From a virus, in IMG/VR virus record IMGVR_UViG_3300044972_000763, positions 1 to 61,730 of that record: 61,730 nt of DNA. One strand, given 5' to 3'. Position 1 is the stretch's first letter. Every line of letters starts with the position of its first letter. The notes beneath the pieces are model-generated. The model was not told where the DNA came from. It saw nothing but the letters and a program-made list of their open reading frames with translations, and did no database searches. The position numbers and the translations under genes were made by a program. Below are positions 31,573-40,911 of the stretch, one piece after another.

Positions 31573-33681
31573 ATGGGTGGCTATGCACCTCTAATCAGTA
31601 CTGAAACTGGTCGTTCTTCTCATTGGAAGGCGACCAATGAAGCGGCTCACGTTATTTCAAGCAACGTAACCACTAAGTTCCGTGATGCCTTTGAAACGTA
31701 TGACCCGAATGACGGGAAATATTCTCAAAGCATTCAGGCCGGTGACTATGCTTATGTAGATGGTAATGCCGCATCTGCCTCCTATTTGGTGTTTAGCAAA
31801 TCTCCGCTGAATGCTGGCACGGAAAGTTATATTGAGAGTTCGCTTACGCTTGATATGCCGATTGAGGTTGCTGTTGGGCTTAGCATGTCTCAACGTACCT
31901 TGGGTCAAGATTTCTCGGTTGAAATTGTCAGCACCGATTCTTCTTTGATTTCGCAGGCCGATGTTGCAATTTCTAGCATATCTCAAACCACAACCACATT
32001 GACGGTTACGACTGCCACAAATCACGGGATTTCTGTTGGTAAGGCTATTGGTATTGAGGGCGTCAATGATAGCCGCTTTAATTACAATTCCCTGGTGGTT
32101 GCTTCTGTTCCGGCGCCCAATCAGTTCACGGCAACGGCTGGCCCTGGCGGTACTATTGCTTCGGTAACTGCTGGCCCGTTCACTACGGGTTATGTATATC
32201 ATCGCCCTCGCCTTGGTGGGGCTAATGATGGCCTTTCGATGATTTTTGAAAACGCCACAGCAACCAACGCTAGTTTTTACACGAGGTCTGAGGCGGGTGA
32301 TGCGCTGCCAAGCGGCACTATCGCAGGTAGCCATTCTGTGGCTATAGGCACAACTGCTTCTGTTCAGCTTGTGAACTCGGCATATCAATATGCCTTTGCC
32401 CCCACAACGGAGTATAGGTTTATTTTACAAGCTGATCGTGTTCAAGTTCAAGATCAGGCTGTTGATGTTCTGTCTGGTAGCACTTCCCGTTTGCTTCGGA
32501 CGAGCGTTGTTCCAAATCCAAACAAGAAGTATAAATTGCGTTTTCGTGCGGCCAATGCGGATTCTTACCCCGTTCCGGTGGCGCAGGTTGTTTCCGCTGT
32601 AAAGACTGGCACTACCACGGCAACGGTGACGTTTGATCGCCCACACGGACTAACCACCGCCGATCTTATTGTCGCGTATGGCGCGCGTGATGCCACCAAC
32701 TTCCCGAACCTTGCCACCGCTACGGCGGTTGCTTCTGTAGTGGATGCTACCACGATTACGGTTGTTTGGGGCGGCGCGGTAACTGCCACTACCTACGGTG
32801 GATTTGTTGCGCGCGTCCAGGGCGGTAACTTGTTGAGCGCCCTTGGCGCGGTTGCACAGTCGGCCCAATCTGCCACGCTCTCTACCCTTACGGATGGCAC
32901 CCGTCAGCTTGTGTTGGTTGGTTCCGCTAATTGGGCGGCTCCTGCAACTATAATTGGTGACACATTGGAACTGGTTGGTTGCCGTGATATTGCGACTGGC
33001 GCCTCGCTTGGTATTGATGGGGCTTGGAAGATTGCCAACGTGGGGACAACCAACCTGACTCTGGTTTTGCCATTTGCTAATAGCATGACGCTCCCGGCTG
33101 ACTTTGCTACTATCAACTGCGGCGGCGGGCTTATCAAGCGCACTGAACTCCGCGTCTCTTACATGAGGGCTTTCGACTTTGCCCGCGAGCGTGTGGAATG
33201 GACGCAGCGCCCGATCACGGATATTTCTGCTTCTATCCCGGCGTATATTACTAACGCCTCTATCCCGATCACCTATACTCAGGGTGCCTTGGTTGCCGGT
33301 ACTGCAATCATTGGTGATGTTGGCGTTACTTATCGCGCAAATAATACTGGCGCGGCGAGTGGTACGCACATTGTTTCTGCCGCCACCACCAACCCAACGC
33401 TAGTAAAGAACGCGGCGGGTCGTGTGCTTGGTTGGATTTTCGGCAACAACACCGCATCCTTCAGGTATGTGAAGTTGCATAATCAGGCTACGGCTCCGAC
33501 TGCTGGTACGGGCGTTGTCCGTACAATCGCCCTGCCGCCCAATTCAACCGTCACCTATACCATAGAGGGTGGTATTGGTTTTGCCACTGGAATTGGTTTG
33601 ACGATTGTTACGGGTGTGGCTGATGCTGATAATACTGCGGTTGGCTTGAATGAAGTGGTTGGCGATATATTCTTTGCGTAA
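31573..33681 (+). CDS. large structural protein (702 aa) with repeated HG...G...N...V beta-type modules
   Basis: Track ORF. RBS AAGGGAGGG upstream. Internal repeats such as TLTVTTATNHGISVGKAIGIEGVND and TATVTFDRPHGLTTADLIVAYGARD. Confidence 0.6.
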   Translation: MGGYAPLISTETGRSSHWKATNEAAHVISSNVTTKFRDAFETYDPNDGKYSQSIQAGDYAYVDGNAASASYLVFSKSPLNAGTESYIESSLTLDMPIEVAVGLSMSQRTLGQDFSVEIVSTDSSLISQADVAISSISQTTTTLTVTTATNHGISVGKAIGIEGVNDSRFNYNSLVVASVPAPNQFTATAGPGGTIASVTAGPFTTGYVYHRPRLGGANDGLSMIFENATATNASFYTRSEAGDALPSGTIAGSHSVAIGTTASVQLVNSAYQYAFAPTTEYRFILQADRVQVQDQAVDVLSGSTSRLLRTSVVPNPNKKYKLRFRAANADSYPVPVAQVVSAVKTGTTTATVTFDRPHGLTTADLIVAYGARDATNFPNLATATAVASVVDATTITVVWGGAVTATTYGGFVARVQGGNLLSALGAVAQSAQSATLSTLTDGTRQLVLVGSANWAAPATIIGDTLELVGCRDIATGASLGIDGAWKIANVGTTNLTLVLPFANSMTLPADFATINCGGGLIKRTELRVSYMRAFDFARERVEWTQRPITDISASIPAYITNASIPITYTQGALVAGTAIIGDVGVTYRANNTGAASGTHIVSAATTNPTLVKNAAGRVLGWIFGNNTASFRYVKLHNQATAPTAGTGVVRTIALPPNSTVTYTIEGGIGFATGIGLTIVTGVADADNTAVGLNEVVGDIFFA

Positions 33682-33692
33682 GGGATGGTGAA

Positions 33693-33860
33693 ATGAACAT
33701 TACAGACTTGATTCGGCTTCTTGAAAACCGATTGTCTTACACGCAGCAACAGCGTCAAGTTGCGTTTAATCGCGGTGATGTGGAGGCCGTTTCAGCGATG
33801 GATGGGGATATTTCATCCACCCAATCCTCTCTTTCGGCTCTGCGTTCATTGGGTCAGTAA
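33693..33860 (+). CDS. small protein (55 aa)
   Basis: MNITDLIRLLENRLSYTQQQRQVAFNRGDVEAVSAMDGDISSTQSSLSALRSLGQ. GGGATGG upstream. Below the track cut-off. Confidence 0.4.
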   Translation: MNITDLIRLLENRLSYTQQQRQVAFNRGDVEAVSAMDGDISSTQSSLSALRSLGQ

Positions 33861-33861
33861 G

Positions 33862-34113
33862 ATGCCTAAGACCCCTGCCTGGACCCGCGCAGAGGGGAAA
33901 AGCCCGGCAGGCGGTCTAAACGCTAAGGGTCGGGCCTCATACAACAGGGCCAATCCTGGCAAGCCTGGATTAAAGCCCCCTCAACCAGAGGGTGGCCCAA
34001 GGCGCGATAGCTTCTGCGCTAGGTCTGATGGTCAGCGCAAAATGCACAACATTAGTTGTTCTGAAACGCCCAAGAAGCCCATCTGCAAGGCGCGCCGTAG
34101 ATGGAAATGCTGA
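33862..34113 (+). CDS. basic Cys-containing small protein (83 aa)
   Basis: ATG 33862 inside track ORF 33721..34113. Reads MPKTPAWTRAEGKSPAGGLNAKGRASYNRANPGKPGLKPP...SFCARS... Confidence 0.5.
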   Translation: MPKTPAWTRAEGKSPAGGLNAKGRASYNRANPGKPGLKPPQPEGGPRRDSFCARSDGQRKMHNISCSETPKKPICKARRRWKC

Positions 34114-34114
34114 C

Positions 34115-34363
34115 ATGAATGAAGGTGAAATCCAAAGGAATCTAGGTTCGCTATCAGCGAAAATGGAAAATATGGAATCTCGCTTAGGCGACATGAAGCG
34201 GGATATGGATATTCGGTTCGAGCGGCAGGATGATCGGCTTGATGAGGTCATTAAAACCCTTAATAAGTTGAGCGGCGGCTGGCAATTTATTATGATGATC
34301 GGGACGGTTGTAGGTATTGTAACTGCCCTAGTAACCGCCTGGAAGATGGGATTTGTAAAATGA
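34115..34363 (+). CDS. putative holin (XhlA-like architecture: coiled N-terminus plus a single C-terminal TM)
   Basis: MNEGEIQRNLGSLSAKMENMESRLGDMKRDM...GGWQFIMMIGTVVGIVTALVTAWKMGFVK. Immediately upstream of, and overlapping, the lysozyme gene. Confidence 0.5.
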   Translation: MNEGEIQRNLGSLSAKMENMESRLGDMKRDMDIRFERQDDRLDEVIKTLNKLSGGWQFIMMIGTVVGIVTALVTAWKMGFVK

Positions 34364-34995
34364 GGCAAATCAATCAAGATGGCTTGAACCTTATCAAGCA
34401 ATGGGAGGGGCTTCGTTTGGAAGCCTATCTATGCCCCGCTAAGGTTTGGACGATTGGCTACGGTCATACCTTGACAGCCAAGAAGGGTATGAGCATTAGC
34501 GAGGCCGAGGCTGTCAATCTATTGCGTGGCGATTTGGCTAGGTTTCAGCGTTGCGTGGAAGATGCAGTTAAAGTCACCGTGAATGACAACCAATTTGCTG
34601 CCCTTGTGTCTTTCTGCTTCAATGTTGGCGAGGGCGCTTTTCGTGGTTCAACCCTTCTGAAGAAACTGAACGCCGGTAACTTTGATTCTGTTCCGGGTGA
34701 GTTGGCGCGCTGGAATAAGATCGGCAAGAATGTGTCTGCTGGCCTTGTTAATCGCCGGGCGGCTGAAGCTGGCTTGTGGGTAAAGGGGGCTTATGTGTCC
34801 TCTAACTACATTGAGCCTTCCGCTCCTTCGGATGGGAAGGCTTCTGCCGTGGCTTCATACGGTGGTATTGCCGCTGCCGCCGCTACTGCCGCCCCTGCTG
34901 TACAAGCCCTTGGCGGGGTTCCAATGTGGGTTGGCGTGGCGATTGTAGCTGCCGCTGTGGTGATCGCCGCCATTGTTCTGTTGAGGAAGAAATGA
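34360..34995 (+). CDS. GH24 lysozyme-type endolysin with a C-terminal transmembrane helix
   Basis: QWEGLRLEAYLCPAKVWTIGYGHT fits the E-x8-(D/C)-x5-T catalytic pattern. The C-terminus is GGVPMWVGVAIVAAAVVIAAIVLLRKK. Confidence 0.85.
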   Translation: MRQINQDGLNLIKQWEGLRLEAYLCPAKVWTIGYGHTLTAKKGMSISEAEAVNLLRGDLARFQRCVEDAVKVTVNDNQFAALVSFCFNVGEGAFRGSTLLKKLNAGNFDSVPGELARWNKIGKNVSAGLVNRRAAEAGLWVKGAYVSSNYIEPSAPSDGKASAVASYGGIAAAAATAAPAVQALGGVPMWVGVAIVAAAVVIAAIVLLRKK

Positions 34996-35225
34996 TTGCC
35001 ATTGGGTTTATTTGGGCCAAGATTAAGGCGTATGTGATTGGCGCTGTTGCCGTTATCGGTATCTTGATGGCTGCCTTCTTTTCTGGTCGTAGGGAGGGTA
35101 AAGCCCTTGCCCAAAAGGATCAGCTAGAGGGAACCTTAGATAGTTTGCAGAGGGGAAACGAGGCTGCCGCCCAATATAAGGGGAATGGTGGTGCGGTTGA
35201 TGCCCTTGATAAGGGGAAGTTTTGA
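34992..35225 (+). CDS. i-spanin-like protein (77 aa, N-terminal TM)
   Basis: MIAIGFIWAKIKAYVIGAVAVIGILMAAFF... then a charged periplasmic segment. The ATG overlaps the endolysin stop. Confidence 0.55.
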   Translation: MIAIGFIWAKIKAYVIGAVAVIGILMAAFFSGRREGKALAQKDQLEGTLDSLQRGNEAAAQYKGNGGAVDALDKGKF

Positions 35226-35431
35226 AATACGTCCTTCCTCTTTGTTTATTGGTTCTAGCTGGGTGCGGGCATAATACAGCCTTGGTTTGTCCAAGCATTG
35301 TCCCGTATAGCCTAAGTATTCAACAGGGCGCGGCGGCTGAATTAAAGGCTTTGCCTAGCAATTCTATTGTTGCTAGAATGATGGAAGATTATGGTGAACT
35401 TCGTGCCCACATTCGGGCTTCTTGTAAATAG
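35222..35431 (+). CDS. o-spanin-like lipoprotein (69 aa)
   Basis: Lipobox LLVLAGC. The TTG start overlaps the i-spanin stop. Confidence 0.6.
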   Translation: MKYVLPLCLLVLAGCGHNTALVCPSIVPYSLSIQQGAAAELKALPSNSIVARMMEDYGELRAHIRASCK

Positions 35432-35440
35432 GAGAGTGTT

Positions 35441-35713
35441 ATGAAGAGTATGAAGCCTAGGATGAAGAAAATGGGTGGCGACATGGAAATGTCCACCCCC
35501 CGCTTTGCGGCCCGCGCTATGCGTCCGGGCGGGATGAAGAAGGGTGGGCCGGTTCATTCCGATGCCGCCATGGATAAGAAGCTGATGCGTAAAGAAATCG
35601 CCCGCGCCGAGAAGATGGAAGATAACGGCATGAAGAAGGGCGGTAAGGTCATGAAATACGCCAAGGGTGGTGGTGTTGAAATGAAGGGTAAGACCAAAGG
35701 CAAGGTGGTGTGA
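35441..35713 (+). CDS. Met/Lys/Gly-rich small basic protein, family member 1 (90 aa)
   Basis: About 16 percent Met. N-terminus MKSMKPRMKKM, GMKKGG motifs, C-terminus EMKGKTKGKVV. Confidence 0.65.
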   Translation: MKSMKPRMKKMGGDMEMSTPRFAARAMRPGGMKKGGPVHSDAAMDKKLMRKEIARAEKMEDNGMKKGGKVMKYAKGGGVEMKGKTKGKVV

Positions 35714-36042
35714 TGAAGGACCGCGATCTTCCTTTGCCACCGCGTCCACCTGCTCGTGGCATGGCTCGCGCCCGCCCTCGTTCATTTGAGGAAGATACCA
35801 CCCCTCCGCGTGGTATGCGGAATTACCGTCCTGAAATGACGCCGGGCGGTGTTGAGTCTTTCGAGGAAGATATGACTCCCCCTGCTGGAATGAGGAACAT
35901 GAACATGAAGCCTCGCCCTGAAAAACGCATGAAGGCGGGTGGTAAGGTTAAGAAGATGGCTTACGGCGGTTCCGTGAAATCATCTTGCCAGCGTGGCGAT
36001 GGGATTGCCATGAAGGGTAAGACTAAAGGAAAGATGGTATAA
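35710..36042 (+). CDS. Met/Lys/Gly-rich small basic protein, family member 2 (110 aa)
   Basis: Internal duplication SFEED(T/M)TPP(R/A)GMRN. C-terminus KKMAYGGSVKSSCQRGDGIAMKGKTKGKMV. Confidence 0.65.
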   Translation: MMKDRDLPLPPRPPARGMARARPRSFEEDTTPPRGMRNYRPEMTPGGVESFEEDMTPPAGMRNMNMKPRPEKRMKAGGKVKKMAYGGSVKSSCQRGDGIAMKGKTKGKMV

Positions 36043-36398
36043 TGGCAAAATTCAATGACACCGAGTTTGGGCTTTCGGTTTTAAGCCCTGCTTTTGCTGC
36101 ATCTAAAGTGTTGGGTGGTGACGCTGACATTGGCGACCTTGGTATTATGGGCGCTATTAAGCGGTTTGGTGGTGGTGATAAAAAGCCTGATGGCACACCG
36201 CTAACTGAGGAGGAAAAGCAGAAGGTTCGCAATATGCTTGCGGCGCAGGGCAAACCTGTTCCTCCCGGCATGAAGCGCGGTGGTATGGTGAAGAAGCCAA
36301 AGATGAAGAAGATGGCCTCCGGTGGTTCTGTAAAGTCATCTTACACCCGTGGAGATGGTTGCGCCATTAGGGGTAAGACGCGCGGGAAGAGCGTATAA
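36042..36398 (+). CDS. Met/Lys/Gly-rich small basic protein, family member 3 (118 aa)
   Basis: C-terminus KKMASGGSVKSSYTRGDGCAIRGKTRGKSV aligns with member 2. Confidence 0.65.
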   Translation: MAKFNDTEFGLSVLSPAFAASKVLGGDADIGDLGIMGAIKRFGGGDKKPDGTPLTEEEKQKVRNMLAAQGKPVPPGMKRGGMVKKPKMKKMASGGSVKSSYTRGDGCAIRGKTRGKSV

Positions 36399-36880
36399 TG
36401 TGGCTACTTGGGATCATTGTAGGGGCTATTGGTTTTCGACTGAGGGGTGATGCCATCTTTCAGGAGATTACCGGGCGCGGCGCCACCACAGCGCGCATTG
36501 TCTGTTGGGCTATTCCAATGGGTTTGCTGTCCCTTTCCACGGTCCCGTGGTGGGCGTCCGTATTGGTGACGGTGGGGTTCTTCCTTGGTGCTATGCCGGG
36601 ATGGTATGGAAGTTTAGACCTGGGGCGCCGTGAAGGTGATCCGATTAAAGACCGCCTTATCATGGTTGCCCGTGGTTTGGTTTGGACGCTGCCCGCCGCC
36701 CTGGTGGTTTGGCAGTTTGATATTGGTAATGCGATTGCATTGATGATTGTCGGATTGGCCTGCCCGTTGTTCTATGAATTGGGATTTAGGGCGCCTTCAA
36801 AGATTCCTTACTTGCGACAGGGGCCGGAAGTAGGGGAGGTGTTCTTTGGTGCTGCTATTGGATTGGCGCTAACGCTATGA
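36398..36880 (+). CDS. multi-pass membrane protein (160 aa)
   Basis: Several hydrophobic helices (LLGIIVGAIGF, WAIPMGLLSL, VLVTVGFFLGAMPGW, AIALMIVGLACPLF). Confidence 0.6.
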   Translation: MWLLGIIVGAIGFRLRGDAIFQEITGRGATTARIVCWAIPMGLLSLSTVPWWASVLVTVGFFLGAMPGWYGSLDLGRREGDPIKDRLIMVARGLVWTLPAALVVWQFDIGNAIALMIVGLACPLFYELGFRAPSKIPYLRQGPEVGEVFFGAAIGLALTL

Positions 36881-37032
36881 AGCCTGTTTGGGAGCAGAAA
36901 AGGCCGAAAGGATTGGGGAAATCAAAGCCCCTATCCGGTAAGCAGAAGGCTTATGCCAAAGCGTCTGCAAAGGCGGCTGGTCGCCCTTATCCAAATGCTG
37001 TTGATAATATGCGGGCTGCGAGGAAGAAGTGA
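36877..37032 (+). CDS. small basic protein (51 aa)
   Basis: MKPVWEQKRPKGLGKSKPLSGKQKAYAKASAKAAGRPYPNAVDNMRAARKK. ATGA overlap with the upstream stop. Below the track cut-off. Confidence 0.4.
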   Translation: MKPVWEQKRPKGLGKSKPLSGKQKAYAKASAKAAGRPYPNAVDNMRAARKK

Positions 37033-37056
37033 TGTCGGGTCATAGGGATTAAAGTA

Positions 37057-37734
37057 ATGCCTACTAGCGGAACGGCAACTTGGAATATCGAAATAACGGA
37101 CCTGATCGAGGACGCTTACGAACGTGCCGGTTTGGAAGCTAGGACTGGGTATGACTATAGAACCGCGCGCCGTTCCCTGAATATGATTAGTGCTGAGTGG
37201 TCTAACCGAGGTTTGAACCTTTGGACCGTTGAGCAGCTATCCATCACGCTTTCCCCCAATGTATCTACCTACAACCTACCGGCTGACAACATTGATGTGA
37301 TTGATGCTATTGTCCGGTTGCCGGGTCAGGGGTCTAACTTTGACTATCCGCTATCGCGTATCGGCGTGACGGACTATGCGACCCTGCCTAATAAGGCAAC
37401 GACAGGGCGCCCCCTTCAGATTTACGTCCAGAAGCAGATTAGCCAATCCTTCATTCTTTGGCCGGTTCCCGATCAAGCCTATACGGTCCTGTATTGGCGT
37501 ATGCGACGGATGCAGGATGCCACCAATGCCGTTGACAATATGGACGTGCCGGTTAGGTTTGTGCCAGCCTTGGCGGCTGCCCTGGCCTATCAGATTGCCC
37601 TAAAGCGTCCAGAGGCGATGGGGCGGGTTGCTATGCTGCAAGCTGAGTATGAGCGGCAGTTTGCCTTGGCGGCAGAGGAAGATCGGGAGCGGTCTCCCGC
37701 CACCTTCGTTCCCTGGAATTATAGCAAGCTATGA
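37057..37734 (+). CDS. virion protein, possible head-tail adaptor/tail tubular A analogue (225 aa)
   Basis: Track ORF. Assigned by position ahead of the tail genes. Function is low-confidence. Confidence 0.35.
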   Translation: MPTSGTATWNIEITDLIEDAYERAGLEARTGYDYRTARRSLNMISAEWSNRGLNLWTVEQLSITLSPNVSTYNLPADNIDVIDAIVRLPGQGSNFDYPLSRIGVTDYATLPNKATTGRPLQIYVQKQISQSFILWPVPDQAYTVLYWRMRRMQDATNAVDNMDVPVRFVPALAAALAYQIALKRPEAMGRVAMLQAEYERQFALAAEEDRERSPATFVPWNYSKL

Positions 37735-38039
37735 CCCAGAAATTTGCCTTTGGTAAGCGGGCTTTTGGGTTCTGTGACCGTTGCGGGTTTCGGGCTCCAT
37801 TAGCCAAACTAGATTGGCAGGTGGTGAACCAGAAACCTACGGGCATTAAGGTGTGTTCTGCCTGCAATGATGAGGACCATCCTCAGTTGCAGTTGGGTAG
37901 GTTCCCGATAAATGATCCTGTGGCGCTGCTTAATCCTAGGCCAGATGTTGACCCTGGTAGGAGTTTATTTGGCTGGAATCCTGTTGGTAATCCGGCTATA
38001 TTCGCTACTGGCCTAGTCGGAATAGTAAATATAAATTAG
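37731..38039 (+). CDS. Zn-ribbon-containing structural-module protein (102 aa)
   Basis: FCDRCGF ... VCSACND gives two CxxC pairs. Confidence 0.5.
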   Translation: MTQKFAFGKRAFGFCDRCGFRAPLAKLDWQVVNQKPTGIKVCSACNDEDHPQLQLGRFPINDPVALLNPRPDVDPGRSLFGWNPVGNPAIFATGLVGIVNIN

Positions 38040-38055
38040 AACTGTAGTTTATGGG

Positions 38056-38253
38056 GTGAATGATATGAAAATGGACATGAAGAAAATGCCGCTTCCAGAG
38101 GTGGGCAAAGACTACAACCGGGGCTTGAAGGGTTTGTCTATGTCTGTAGGCAGTATGACTACCTGTGCTGATTATCCGCCCAAGAAGCCATCCGCGAAGA
38201 TTCGCGGTACGGGCGCTGCCACTAAAGGAACTATGTTCCAAGGCGATCAGTAA
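38056..38253 (+). CDS. Met/Lys-rich small protein, divergent family member 4 (65 aa)
   Basis: The N-terminus MNDMKMDMKKM parallels MKSMKPRMKKM. The C-terminus IRGTGAATKGTMF echoes the RGDGxAxKGKT box. Confidence 0.5.
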   Translation: MNDMKMDMKKMPLPEVGKDYNRGLKGLSMSVGSMTTCADYPPKKPSAKIRGTGAATKGTMFQGDQ

Positions 38254-38266
38254 TAGGTAAGCGGCA

Positions 38267-38899
38267 ATGAATTACGCAGAACTTTCGAGTATGTTGCAAG
38301 ACTACACTCAGAATTATTCTTCTGAGTTTATTGCCGCTATTCCTGACTTTGTGAACTTGGCCGAGGACAGGATTTACAAGGCCGTCCAAATACCGGCGCT
38401 AAGGAAGGTTCAAACCTTCACGCTAACTGCGAATGACAAGTATTTTACCGTTCCAAGTGATTTCCTTTCTGCTTACGCTGTGGCGGTTATCACGGGTGGG
38501 TCCTATAATTACCTTCTGGAAAAGGAAGCTGGTTATCTAAATGAGGCTTTTCCGGTTGTTAGTTATCGTGGGATTCCAAGGGTTTATGCTGTAATTGATG
38601 AGGATAAGCTGGCATTTGCTCCTACTCCTGGGTCTGCTTATAGTATTGAAATGTATTACTTTTATGAACCTGAAAGCATTGTCACTACCAATACTAGCTG
38701 GCTTGGTGAAAATGCTGAGAGTGTATTGTTCTATGGTGCTTTGATTGAAGCCTATACTTATATGAAGGGCGATGCTGACTTGATTGCGCTTTATACCGCG
38801 CGCTATAATGAAGTATTGGCTAGGTTGAAGAATCTTGGCGAGGGTCTTAATAAGAAAGACAACTTCCGCATTGATGCTCCGCGCCTTCAGGTGACATGA
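38267..38899 (+). CDS. virion protein (210 aa), possible neck/adaptor component
   Basis: Track ORF in the tail-proximal module. Confidence 0.4.
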   Translation: MNYAELSSMLQDYTQNYSSEFIAAIPDFVNLAEDRIYKAVQIPALRKVQTFTLTANDKYFTVPSDFLSAYAVAVITGGSYNYLLEKEAGYLNEAFPVVSYRGIPRVYAVIDEDKLAFAPTPGSAYSIEMYYFYEPESIVTTNTSWLGENAESVLFYGALIEAYTYMKGDADLIALYTARYNEVLARLKNLGEGLNKKDNFRIDAPRLQVT

Positions 38900-38900
38900 T

Positions 38901-39335
38901 ATGATAAATTCAGCATATTGCACGTCATTCAAAAAGCAGCTTTTGGAAGGGGCGCATGACTTCCGTGTTGGGCAGAATGTGTTTAAGATTGCCCTTTATG
39001 CGGAGTCTGCCAATCTTGATGCGAATACCACGGCCTATACCACGGCAGGGGAGATTGTCGGGCTAGGTTATACCGCTGGCGGTTTGACCTTGACCCAATC
39101 TAATCCGGTTGAGTTTGGTGCTAGTGGGATTGTGACGTTCTCCAATGCGTCTTGGACGGGCGCTACAATAGCTGCCCGTGGCGCATTGATCTACAATTCA
39201 ACCCCTGTTCATACCTATACCAATCCAGCCTGCATTGTGTTGGATTTTGGGATTACTAGGGCGGCTTTCAACAATACGTTTGAGATTCGGTTTCCTGCTG
39301 CCACCGATCAAACGGCGATTATAAGGGTGTATTGA
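38901..39335 (+). CDS. structural protein (144 aa)
   Basis: Track ORF, tightly packed against its neighbours. Confidence 0.5.
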   Translation: MINSAYCTSFKKQLLEGAHDFRVGQNVFKIALYAESANLDANTTAYTTAGEIVGLGYTAGGLTLTQSNPVEFGASGIVTFSNASWTGATIAARGALIYNSTPVHTYTNPACIVLDFGITRAAFNNTFEIRFPAATDQTAIIRVY

Positions 39336-39336
39336 C

Positions 39337-40911
39337 ATGCCTTCAACTTATTCAACGTCTTTGCGACTGGAATTAATGGGGGCTGGTGAGCAGGCCGGGA
39401 ATTGGGGAAACACCACCAATTACAACCTTGGAACCCTGTTGGAACAAGCCATCGCTGGCGTTGAAAATGTCACTATCTCAGGGACTAGTTACACTTTGAC
39501 AACTGGCAGTGGTGTGGCGGATCAGGCGCGTAATGCGGTGATTAACCTGACCGGGACGCTATCGGCTAATTGCAATGTGATCGTGCCTTCTGTAGATAAG
39601 GTTTATACTATCCGCAATTCCACCACTGGTGGGTTTTCGGTGGTGGTTAAGACTGCTGCTGGTTCTGGTGTGACAGTTGCTAATGGTTTGACGCAATCTA
39701 TGTATTGCGATGCGACTAATGTGGTTGCTTCTACGGTTGCCTTTAATAACGCCACCAATACCATTGCAAGCAATGTGACCGGCAATTTGACCGGGAATGT
39801 GACCGGGAATGTGTCTTTCGGCGCTGGCTCTGCTGGATCGCCCGGTCTTTCTGTTACTGGCGATTCAGATACGGGGATTTTTTCGCCTGGGGCAAACGTG
39901 CTTTCTGTCGCGGTGGGTGGCGACCGCCTTATGGATTTCTACCAATCCACATCAATTCTGCAAAATAAACTTGGCGATGCCGAGGCAAATTATTGGGTGC
40001 GACTTGGTGACGCCAGCGCAGTAAATGTAAGGGCTTGCCAATATGGTGCGCTAAACGAGAGTAGTATTCCTGTTGCTTCGGTTCGGCCTGTTTTGGCTAC
40101 GGATGGCAGTAGCAACATTGAATTATACGCTACCCCTGCTGGCTCGCGCGCATCTGACCGCCGCGTGTTGCGGATGAATGTTCCGGGTTCCGGTCAAATC
40201 ACCATGAATGGCGGTCTTGGCCTTAATGCGGGCACCGCCGCCGCGCCTGCGTATAGCTTTAGTAGCGATACAAACACGGGGATTTTCTCGCCTGGGGCTG
40301 ACCAGTTGGCGTTTTCTTTGGGTGGCGTCAATTTTGTGACAATGCTGGGCAGCGCGATTGGTTTCGGTATTGCTAATCCTGGCTATCCGGTCACAATTCA
40401 GGCAAACGCCAGCACGGGCGCTTTGAGGCTTGTTGGCCGCGTGGCAGATGATATTTCAACAATGGAATTTGGGAACAGTACCCAAAGCACGACAAACGCG
40501 ATTATTCAATCTGGTCCTGGTTACTTATCATTTGGGCCAAGTGGCACAGAGCAGGCGCGCGTGGAAAATACAGGGGCCTTTCGCTTTAATTCCGGCTATG
40601 GTTCCGTCGCCACCGCTTTCGGTTGCCGCGCCTGGGTGAACTTCAACGGCACCGGCACGGTTGCAATCCGCGCTTCTGGTAATGTCAGCAGCATCACTGA
40701 TAATGGGCTGGCGGATTATACGGTCAATCTGACCACACCTATGCCAGATGCAAATGGCTCTGTGACAGTCGGGGCATGGGCCTCGCTGCAAAGCAACAGC
40801 CAAGCCTACGCCGACATGCGCGTCACAAACATAGCGGCATCCAGTTTCAGGCTGGAAGGTACATCATCTGTGTCTGATCCGGCTATCGTTTGTGCGGCGT
40901 TGCACCGCTGA
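39337..40911 (+). CDS. tail fibre protein (524 aa)
   Basis: The N-terminus MPSTYSTSLRLELMGAGEQAGNWGNTTNYNLGTLLEQAIAG matches a remembered podophage fibre N-terminal signature. Contains the repeat NVTGNLTGNVTGNV. Confidence 0.6.
   Translation: MPSTYSTSLRLELMGAGEQAGNWGNTTNYNLGTLLEQAIAGVENVTISGTSYTLTTGSGVADQARNAVINLTGTLSANCNVIVPSVDKVYTIRNSTTGGFSVVVKTAAGSGVTVANGLTQSMYCDATNVVASTVAFNNATNTIASNVTGNLTGNVTGNVSFGAGSAGSPGLSVTGDSDTGIFSPGANVLSVAVGGDRLMDFYQSTSILQNKLGDAEANYWVRLGDASAVNVRACQYGALNESSIPVASVRPVLATDGSSNIELYATPAGSRASDRRVLRMNVPGSGQITMNGGLGLNAGTAAAPAYSFSSDTNTGIFSPGADQLAFSLGGVNFVTMLGSAIGFGIANPGYPVTIQANASTGALRLVGRVADDISTMEFGNSTQSTTNAIIQSGPGYLSFGPSGTEQARVENTGAFRFNSGYGSVATAFGCRAWVNFNGTGTVAIRASGNVSSITDNGLADYTVNLTTPMPDANGSVTVGAWASLQSNSQAYADMRVTNIAASSFRLEGTSSVSDPAIVCAALHR

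Noticed and set aside
31657-33369. Long minus-strand ORFs (243 and 239 aa) opposite the 702-aa structural gene
   Set aside because: Same reasoning: they are stop-poor antisense frames of a Thr/Ala/Gly-rich gene.
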